DNA of 64,000 bases from a virus, in IMG/VR virus record IMGVR_UViG_3300038701_002052, positions 8,456 through 72,455 of that record; one strand, given 5' to 3'. Made by a program: the position numbers and the translations under genes. Below are positions 1-9,200 of the stretch, one piece after another (position 1 is the stretch's first letter; every line of letters starts with the position of its first letter). Under the pieces are notes generated by a model that searched no databases, was not told where the DNA came from, and saw nothing but the letters and a program-made list of their open reading frames with translations.

Positions 1-1
1 T

Positions 2-784
2 CCCGGTGATCCCATTCCGCTTGAGCCGGAGCTGTTCGGCAGGGCGTGGGACATCTACAACCGATACGGCGGCGGGACACTTGAGGAGCAGCGATCGGCG
101 CTTGAACAGCTTCTGGATCCGGCGTCACGAGCCATTGATGATGCGAAGGTTACCGCCCAGTCGTTGTTTGACGGGTCGCGCAGAAACCAGGAGCTGAATG
201 ACCAGGCGGTCACGGCGGAGGCACGCAGACAGCTCACGCGGACCACGAACAACCAGGCGCTCGAGAACATGCGGAAGTCGCTTGGCAGGATCGGTGCCGG
301 CAATGCCGCCAAGGGATTCGTCGGTGGCGGTTCCGCGGTGGACCAGGCCCGCCTTGGCCAGCGTTCCGCCGCCTTCCAGAATGCCGCCACGGCCACCACG
401 GCGGACGACATCCGTTCCGCATCCGAGGTCGCCGCGATTCTTTCGAACAACGACAACCGTATGCTCACCAACCTGGGTCTTCCGCTGGAGCAGGCCGAGC
501 GCAGCGTGTCCAATGTCGGGCTCGTGGACCAGTCGCTCATCAACCGGTTGAATCTCGGTCAGTCCGTGTTCAACCAGTTCCGCCTGCCTGTCCAGGCTTA
601 CGAGGCGAAGGACCTGCCCAACACCATTCCAAACACGGCCTACTCACAGGCGGTGTCATCACTGGGCAACGGCCTTGGAAGTCTGTTGACCAACTACGGG
701 CTCAGCCAGACAGCCGATCCACTTTCATCGATCAAGACCACACCGATAGTGGCCTCGGCGATGAATACAAATGACCTCGCCTGA
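2..784 (+). CDS. Putative internal virion/ejection protein, 5'-truncated by the window edge; paralog of 784..1947
   Basis: Frame is open from position 2 (PGDPIPLEPELFGRAWDIYN...). Ala/Asn/Gln-rich, shares blocks with the next ORF, and lies upstream of the giant virion protein. Confidence 0.6.
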   Translation, partial: PGDPIPLEPELFGRAWDIYNRYGGGTLEEQRSALEQLLDPASRAIDDAKVTAQSLFDGSRRNQELNDQAVTAEARRQLTRTTNNQALENMRKSLGRIGAGNAAKGFVGGGSAVDQARLGQRSAAFQNAATATTADDIRSASEVAAILSNNDNRMLTNLGLPLEQAERSVSNVGLVDQSLINRLNLGQSVFNQFRLPVQAYEAKDLPNTIPNTAYSQAVSSLGNGLGSLLTNYGLSQTADPLSSIKTTPIVASAMNTNDLA

Positions 785-1947
785 TGCCTCAAGCAGCCAC
801 CAGTATCTACAACAACACGCTTCCTGACGCTCAAGGCGTGGGCGGCACAGGGTTGACGGCCGGTGGTGTGGCGGGCGCGGTCGGAGGTGTCGCGCTGAAC
901 ACGGCGACGAACTTCCTTTCCGGTTACCTTCAGGACAGGGCGCTCCGGGACGCGGCGAATGCGAATGCCGCTGCCACGAACGCGCTCAACAACAACAACC
1001 TCCAGTACTTCCTGCAGTCTCGTGGTGCCACGGGTTCGGCGCTGCTTCCTGAATACGCACTGGACGCGGACGGCAACCCGGTGGAGCCGCAGTTGTTCGA
1101 TGACGCCTATTCCCTGTTCCAGTCGATCACGGGAAGGTCTCCAGAGGAGTCGGACCAGCGGTTCCGGGACGCGCTGAGCGGTTATCAGGAATCCATTTCA
1201 GCAGGCACTCAGGCGGTCGGGGATCTCTTCAGTGGGGACATGCTCCGCCGTGAGCAGCAGTCCATTCTGGGGGTCAACAACCAGCGCAGGCAGGGGATCA
1301 ATGCAAGCCGCAACTCGAGGCTTCAGGCACTCTCCCAGACACTCGACGAGATCGACAAGGTCCAGGAGCAGCGTGGTTTCCGGAACTCCGCCTCAGGCAG
1401 TCGTAATCTCGCGTTCAACGCACTCCGGGACACGAACAACCAGTCCGCCACGGAACGCGCCACGGCGGACCTGACCACGGCTGCCGAGCTTCAGGCTGCC
1501 AGCCAGAATGATTTCAACCGACGTCTCCAATACATCAACGAGCCGTCTGTCCAGGCCAACCGCATCGCGGCCGGTGACAACCTCCTGCCGGCTGCCCTGA
1601 TAGGGAACTTCAACCAGGCGTCCAGCGTCTTCGACAACTTCCGCATCCCGGCCCAGTACTTCGAGGCGAGAGGGCTGCCGGAAATCGTTCCGTCGTTCGG
1701 AGTGGCGAATGAGATCGGATCCACGGGTAACGAGCTGGGTGCGTTGGTGGCCAACTACACCATCGATGGGAACACATCAAAGCTTCAGGACTATTGGACC
1801 AATGTGATCGGCGGAAACATCAACCACAACGGGGCCAGGGGGGATAGTGGCAGAAACCGATTCCGTGACTGGGTTGAGAGCCTGACCAATTCCGGCGTCG
1901 ATGCCATCAACAACTCCGACCTCAATCCGACCAACCAGACACCCTGA
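784..1947 (+). CDS. Putative DNA ejection/pilot protein
   Basis: Gly/Ala-rich N-terminus (GGVAGAVGGVA) followed by a Q/N/A coiled coil, typical of podovirus pilot proteins. Coupled to neighbours by TGATG overlaps. Confidence 0.6.
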   Translation: MPQAATSIYNNTLPDAQGVGGTGLTAGGVAGAVGGVALNTATNFLSGYLQDRALRDAANANAAATNALNNNNLQYFLQSRGATGSALLPEYALDADGNPVEPQLFDDAYSLFQSITGRSPEESDQRFRDALSGYQESISAGTQAVGDLFSGDMLRREQQSILGVNNQRRQGINASRNSRLQALSQTLDEIDKVQEQRGFRNSASGSRNLAFNALRDTNNQSATERATADLTTAAELQAASQNDFNRRLQYINEPSVQANRIAAGDNLLPAALIGNFNQASSVFDNFRIPAQYFEARGLPEIVPSFGVANEIGSTGNELGALVANYTIDGNTSKLQDYWTNVIGGNINHNGARGDSGRNRFRDWVESLTNSGVDAINNSDLNPTNQTP

Positions 1948-3185
1948 TGGCCAACTCCGCATTTGACGTACTGAACAGATGGTTTGAGCAGAAGCGCGCT
2001 GACAAGCGGCAGGATCAGCTTCTGTCCGCCGAGCGTGCCTTCATCCTGCAGCGTGAGCGCGACCAGCGTGCCTACCGTGATGACTCACAGCGGGCCATGG
2101 ACAAGGTCAACACCGATTACGCCAACAAGCTGTCCGGTGAGATCGAGGATCTCTACGAGGAGTTTGACCAGATCCACAACCGCGTCGGCATCGAGATAAA
2201 ACGTGAGGCGATGACGCGCATCGCGAACACCTACAAGGACAGGTTCAAGGCCGCGATCGGGGCGAACGGGAACGTCATTCCCGATGCGTTCAACAAGATC
2301 CTGGAGAGCCAGGACGATGGCATTTTCCAGGAATACAACGACACCCTGATCCGGCTGGAAGAATCAGGCGGCAACAGCGAACTCGCCAACCGGCTCCGGT
2401 TCCTTCAGCGCCGCATCCAGAACCACGAATCGACCTTCCGCGACACGGTCCGCACCATTCAGGACAAGTCTGGTCTCGAGGTTTCAGGAGGTTCGCCGCT
2501 GGCATCAACCGTCGGCTCGACCGAGATGAGCGACCGGGAGCTCGAGGAGGGGGTTGTATCGTCAGTCGGGTCAGCGGGTGGCCCATCATCAGATTCAGAC
2601 GCCTTGTCTTCGGTTACTGGAGACGGCGGCGGTGAAAAGCTCTTTTCCTACGAGGGGACGCCACTGCAGGCCATTTTCCAGAACGTTGGCAAGGCGGCTT
2701 CAGGCCCAGTGGGTTACATCAAGGATCAGCTCGCCCCGATGAAGGGGGCTGTTTCTTCCGTTGTTCAGGCCGCCAACCCACTCACTGGGGTGGGGCCGCT
2801 GGGGCTTCCCGCGCCGAACCCGGTTCCTCCGCTTGTTGGTAATCCGCCCATCAGCAGGAACAACCTTGCTTCGCCTGAGACTGGGGCACCTGAGTTGTTC
2901 AATGCGACTGCCCCGATCGGCGGGGTGGAAGCGATTCAGAAATACGCCCAACCTCAACCTTCCCCTGACGAGCTGGCCCGTGCCATGGCGGTCAGGGTTC
3001 TCGGGAGTGCGGACCCCGCTTTTCTGGACTCCCTTCAGGCGTTCGCATCCTCCCGGTATGGGCTGACCCCGGACCAGTCGGTCCAGTTGATGTTCGGGGC
3101 GGACAAGGGGGACCCTGAGGCGACACGGAAGCTCCACGAGATCCGAAGCGCCTACGGGGCGAGCCCATCACCCGTGGCCCGGTAG
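1947..3185 (+). CDS. Putative internal virion protein
   Basis: 412 aa, coiled-coil N-half and Pro/Gly-rich C-half; lies between the pilot-like genes and the giant protein. Confidence 0.5.
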   Translation: MANSAFDVLNRWFEQKRADKRQDQLLSAERAFILQRERDQRAYRDDSQRAMDKVNTDYANKLSGEIEDLYEEFDQIHNRVGIEIKREAMTRIANTYKDRFKAAIGANGNVIPDAFNKILESQDDGIFQEYNDTLIRLEESGGNSELANRLRFLQRRIQNHESTFRDTVRTIQDKSGLEVSGGSPLASTVGSTEMSDRELEEGVVSSVGSAGGPSSDSDALSSVTGDGGGEKLFSYEGTPLQAIFQNVGKAASGPVGYIKDQLAPMKGAVSSVVQAANPLTGVGPLGLPAPNPVPPLVGNPPISRNNLASPETGAPELFNATAPIGGVEAIQKYAQPQPSPDELARAMAVRVLGSADPAFLDSLQAFASSRYGLTPDQSVQLMFGADKGDPEATRKLHEIRSAYGASPSPVAR

Positions 3186-3220
3186 ACCTGTCCGCAGCAC
3201 GAATCTGGCAAGCAAACTGA

Positions 3221-6200
3221 ATGGCAAACTCCATTGTCAATTTACACCGGCAGAAATTCCCGAATGACGGCAGGTCGGACGAGGAACTGACTCTAGTCTA
3301 CTCCAAGCGCCTAGGTGGCCGTGACGGGCTCCCTCAGGACTTCCTGGACGACCTGAGGTCCATCAATCGCGGGATTGACCTGGCGACGCGTCCAAGCCTC
3401 GCAGGCGAGTTCAAGGGGGCGGTGTCGAGCGGTGTGGACCGGGCACAGGCCCAGCTCTACGACACGGTTGCCCTGGGTGCGAACAAGCTGGGGCTCGAAT
3501 CGGTCCAGGCTTACGCGGACCGTGGGCGTGAGCGCAATCTGGCGGAGGCCGGTGAGAACGTCCGGTCGGTGCATTCGATCGAGGAGGTCGAGGATTTCAA
3601 GGACTTCGCCTACTGGTTTGCCGGCGTGGTCGGAGAGAACGCGCCCCAGCTCGCAGGCACGCTTGGAACCGCGGCGGCGGCGACAGGTGGTGCGGTGGTG
3701 GCAGGTGCTTCCGCTCCGGTCGTGGCAACGGCGGGCCTCATAGGTGGTGCGGCGGCGGGCTTCACCCAGACCCAGAATTTCGGCGACCTTCGTGACGAGG
3801 GGATCGACGAGGACACGGCAGGCAACACGGCGATCGCGACCGGCTTCCTGAGTTCCCTGCTCGAGGCCATCCCGGTCATGAAGGCCATCTCCCCTTACAC
3901 GCGCACCCTCGGCAAGGAGCCTGTCAAGGACGTGGTGATGGAGCTGATGAAGAAGATCCCGTCCAACGCGCTCGTCGAGGGCGGGACGGAGGTCGGTCAG
4001 GAGTTCGTCACCATGGTCGGCGAGACGCTCGCCCACCGGAAGACGGACCCTGACTACGAGATCCCGGACAAGGAGTTCTCATCCCGCATCATCAATGCGG
4101 GTGTGGCTGGTGCCGCTCTCGGTGGGGCGCTGGGTCCGGTCGAGGTGGCGGGCGATGTCTATCGTGGAAGCACGGGCCGCAGGAAGGACCCGGACCCGGA
4201 CCTCCCGCCTGCCGACAAGGCGACAGATGCATTCTTCGGCAATCTGGGACAGGACGAACAGGCCACCATCAAGGAGATGGCAGGGCGGTCCAATGACGGC
4301 GGGATCACCTTCGAGGAGGCGACGTGGCTGAGGGACAACCCGGAGCGCCGTGATTACCTCGTCTCTGTTGGTGGCAATCCGGACAACGTCCACCAGCCGG
4401 TCAGCAATCCGGTCTCGGAGCCACCTGCCCAGCAGCCGGTGGCCCCTGCTCCTGCTCCTGCTCAGCCAGCACCGCAACCCGTTGAAGTTGCTGCTCCACA
4501 GCCACAGCCACAGCCCGTGGTGGCTCCGGTTGTCACCCCTGCCCCTGCCCCTGCCCCCACGCGCACGGAAAGCCTTCAGCATCTCCAGCGGTTCGTGGCA
4601 CCTCGTGAGGTTTCCTACACACCTCCCCAGACCAAGGCCCCATCGGACGATGTCGCCAGCACGGTGCTCAAGACGCGGGTGGACGGGCGTGTGTTTGAGA
4701 CCCCGTCGGTGGTCAGGGCCATTGCGGCCAAGTTTTCAGCGAACGAGCCTTTGACTCCTGGTGAACAGGAAATCGTGGACGGCTTCAGTCCGGAGCAGAA
4801 CGAGCAGTTCACCAACATGCTCATCCAGGCCGGTGCGCCCAAGGCGATCAGGACAGGACTGGATACGCGTACGCTCGAGGAGGCGGAGACGGTGAAGAAG
4901 CAGGGCGTGAAGGCGGGCGAGGATGCCGTCGAGGGGACACGTCTTCGCGGGTTCACGCCCTTCCCGCTCAAGGTTGGGTTCAAGCTCCGCAGCGGTGAGG
5001 TGGTGGAGGGACTGGACCACACGGTCCACAGTCCCGAGCTGGACGAGATCCTTTCGGACGATTCCTCCAAGCCTTCATCCGGTTCCGCACCGTCCAAGAC
5101 CCACCGCTACGTCTTTTTCGAGGACACGGCACAGACGGCGGACCCGAAGTCGAAGGTGGTGGCACTGCCGGTCTATCGTCGCACACGGGGAGGCAGGCGG
5201 ATCGGGCGTGTCGGTGTTCCTGCCGGGGTCCCTCACAAATCCAACGAGAAGTCCGTGGCGATCTCCAAGCTGATGAAGGAGCGGAACGCGGACGGTTCCA
5301 CCCGATTCGTGCCGCTTGCCATCCGGAATGCTCACGACGTGGTGGACGCCCACGACCCTTCATCCGTCCAGTATTTCTCGCGATCTGACTTTGATTCCCT
5401 CGCCGACGCGGAACTCCGCGAGATCGGGGCGATCCAGCGCGGTGCCGAGGCTTCCAGGTTCCAGCAGCGAGGTTTTGACGAGTCCGGCAACGTGATCGAG
5501 GGACGCACTGTTTCCGGGCTGGACAGGGAATCGGACCTATCGTCCGACGACCCGATCACCCGCTTGCAGGCGACTGTTGAAGAAATACTTGGAGATTCCA
5601 TCGGGTCTCCGGTTGACATCAGCACAGCCCGTGAGATGGTGCTTGAGTTCATGGCTTCCGGCCCCGAGGAAGCCGCCATGGTTCGGGAGCTTTACGCGGA
5701 GCTTCTCAGCACAGCCATGGAGGACCCGCTGTTCTCGGAATCGATCAGAAACGACCCGTCCCTCGCGATAGACCAGATAGAAGCACATGCAGCAAAACTC
5801 GTCTCCAATTACTCGGAAGCAGCCGGAATGGGTTCGGCAGATGTTAAGAGACTCCTTGAGGGAGACAATGGCCATGCCTCGCCAGGAACTTCCGAAGTCC
5901 AGCCCGGAGATACACGAGATGATCCGGGATCTCTTCGTGGAGAAGGGACTCATAAGCGACTCCAGCCAGGAGTAGCATTCTCGATCCCGGTCGGTGACAG
6001 CCCGCGCATGAGCGGGGCCAGGGTCATCGATCTCTTCTCGCGCATCCTCAGATCCGCCACGGCCAACGGGATCAACGTCCGTGTCTTCCAGCAGCGATTC
6101 GACGCACTCACGTCGGAATTCCTCTCACGGGAAGGTGGTGCTTTTGACAACGCCTCGAACACGATCGCGCTTGTCCTGCACGACATCCAGAACCCGAACC

Positions 6201-9200
6201 TTGGCAACATCCGTGTCCTGCTCCACGAGATCGCCCACCACGTCTTCCGCAACGAGCCTGCCCGCATACGTGAGGTCATGGCGGCATCGATCGACGCGTT
6301 GGGTCGCGACGCGCTGAAGATCAACCCGGAGGCCAACCGATCCACGTCGGGGCTTGACCCAGAGGAGATCCTCGTTGAGACGGCTGCCCAGTCGATCGAT
6401 CCCGCGACAGCCCGCAGCCTGGTTCAGCGGCTGCTTGATTTCCTCAAGGGCGTTTATTTGCGGGCCTCGCTTGAGATCCAGTCCTTGTTACATCGAACGG
6501 GCGTTCGTGACATCAACCCGCACTACGCCCAGGAGTACGCGGACCTCCGATTGCGCCAGCTCGCGTTCAGCGGAGATGTCCCATCGGTCTTCAAGTGGTT
6601 CATGGGCGGCGACCCGAAGCCGGAACAACGGATTGAATACCTCACACCGACATCAGAATCATGGATCCGGGCCAGATTCAACCCGGCAACCGGACGCATG
6701 GAGACCGTGGGAGCGATCCCGTTCACCGCGGAAGATGCTGTTTTCAACACGGAATCAGCACGCTTCTCCATTCCTTCAGAGAACGCCATATCGCCCGACC
6801 AGGGAACCGCGCAGGCCGTTCCTGAAGTGGCCGCGCTCCGCAAGGTGTCAGGAGTCCTGAAGCGGTGGTTTGAATCATTTGACGGGTCCGGAGAGAACCA
6901 GACGGCGGACGGTAAACCGCTTTCCGATTACCAGGGTTTACTGAGATCCGTGCTGCCGAAGCGCATGCAGGACCCGGAGGTGGTGGAAGCTTCGAAGAGC
7001 GAGGCGCTGAAACGGCTTGGAAAGCAGCCGGTCGGTCCTGAGGTCCGGCTGGAGTCACTTCCGGAGTTCCCGCGCAAGAACGCCGCCAGACAGGCGTTGA
7101 TCCTCCTCAACCGCATACGCAAGGCGATCACGAAAAATGTCGGTAATCAGCGGTTCGAGGAGCAGAAGATCCGCAACCGCATGGAGCGTCGGGTTGCCCG
7201 TGAGGATCGACTGATCACCGCCCACACGGACGCGGATGAGGTTTCGTCCTACATCATCGAGGAGATCCGGAATGATTTCTCGGGGCTCAAGGCGGACGGC
7301 AAGGCGTTCCGAACGGCGACAGGCAAGATCACCAAGCTGTCCCAGATGATCGGCAAGCTGGACGCCAGCCTTGAAGGGGACCAGGTGCCTGCGGAATACC
7401 AGAAGGCGGCACAACGTGTCCTTGATCACCTCACCAGGACCAAGAAGTCGCGCATCGAGCTGTTTGACATCATGGACTTTCTGGTGTCACAGGGCGTGGA
7501 CTGGCACTCCGTCCCACTTGACGCCGCTCGCAGGCTTATCACCACGGCTGCATCGAGCTTTCCGGAACTGAAGGCGCTGACCACCCAGGATCAGACGGCG
7601 AATGTGCTCACGACGGCGCTGGTGCATTTCCTGCAGAAGCATTCCCACGTCGAGGCGATGATGAAGCTCCGCAAGGAGGACCTCGGGAAGCAGCGTGACG
7701 AGATGATCGCCTCGCTCAAGGCGGCACTCAAGGGCCACACGGCGGAGGTGAATCGTGCTGAGAAACTCATCCGTTCACTTCCGCGTGCCGCTGTCCACGC
7801 CGACCGGATACTCCAGAAGATCAAGCAGATCCACGAGGACCAGCGGGCTGATCATGCACGTCTCCAGCAGATCCTGAATCTCCAGTCGGTCTGGGTTTCC
7901 GGGGAACCGGTCCTGGAGGAGGAGATCCAGCGCCTTGAATCCATGATGGGGGCGGTCGGGAAGGAATTCAACGCGGTTGAGGGCGAGACCTATCCGGTCC
8001 CTGACGGCAAGGGCGGGTTCCGCATGGCGGAGTTCCACTACCCGAAGGAGAAGAAGGAGAGCGCCGCGCTGATACGCGACATGAAGGCCATGTCGGAATG
8101 GCTGGACACCATGGAGCCGGGTGACCTGCGGCGAGGTTCGGACCGCTACAACCAGGTGCTCAACGCCTACGAGAAGATCAGGGACAATTCCGTGGTCTAC
8201 AAGGCGCTGATCAACCGCGATTCGTGGATCATCAGGTTTGCCGGGTCACTGGTCGACAAGCTGGACCTGATCGGCAACCCATCCGCACAGGCCGCGGCAC
8301 GCAAGGTCCGTCGTTATGCGGCTTTTGTAAGCTCGGTTCACGAGAAGTTCGGACTGGTTCGGGGACGCCGGTGGGCCACCCTCGAGGCGGAGGCCATGAA
8401 GGCGGCTGGATTCCCACGCGGCGGTCTTGATGAGTTTCGCAGGACGTGGTTCAACCGCGCCTTCCATTTCTTCGCCCGCAACAAGGAGATCCTGATCGAT
8501 CACCCGGATCTTGCAGATGCCTACAGCGAGGCGTTCAAGCGTGCCCGCAGGCACTACATGGACGATCCCTCCACCCGTGCCATCGCGGCAGATGACAAGA
8601 AGTGGGCGGCGATGAGGCGCTATTGGGAATACACGGCGGAGACGTCAGACGCCGCGGTCGGGCTTTCGGAACGCAACGGCATCAAGGTGGACGACAAGGA
8701 ACGCCTCGGCATGTATCGGGACGTCATCGGCGCACCGCTCTTCGAGGTCATGCGGGCACCCAGTGACCTGCTCCACAATCTGGCGGACCGGATGAAGAAG
8801 CGTTGGACGGATCACCCGCTCACAAAGGCGTACGCCGGATCACTCGTCGAGGGCGGTATTGAAACACTGGACCAGTCACTTGCACAACATCTCGGAGGTG
8901 GTGTCTGGGAGGATTTTGTCGGATCGGTCGCGGAGATGTCCGGACGTGCCGGCTTCCATGGACCGGCCGGACCTGATGGCACACGCGACATTCTCCGCAC
9001 CACGGCCGTCAAGGCGGCCTATCGCATCTCGGGTGGATCGGTTTCGAGGTTCATACAGGCGCTCCACCAGGCGGGCTCCGGCGAGTCCACGACTGAATCG
9101 GTGGAGGATTACGCGGTTGATGTCCTGTCGACGCTCAACGACTGGTTCCGCTCCATCCACGGCATGAGTGTGGACCGGTCGGAAAAGGACGGGTTCTCGA

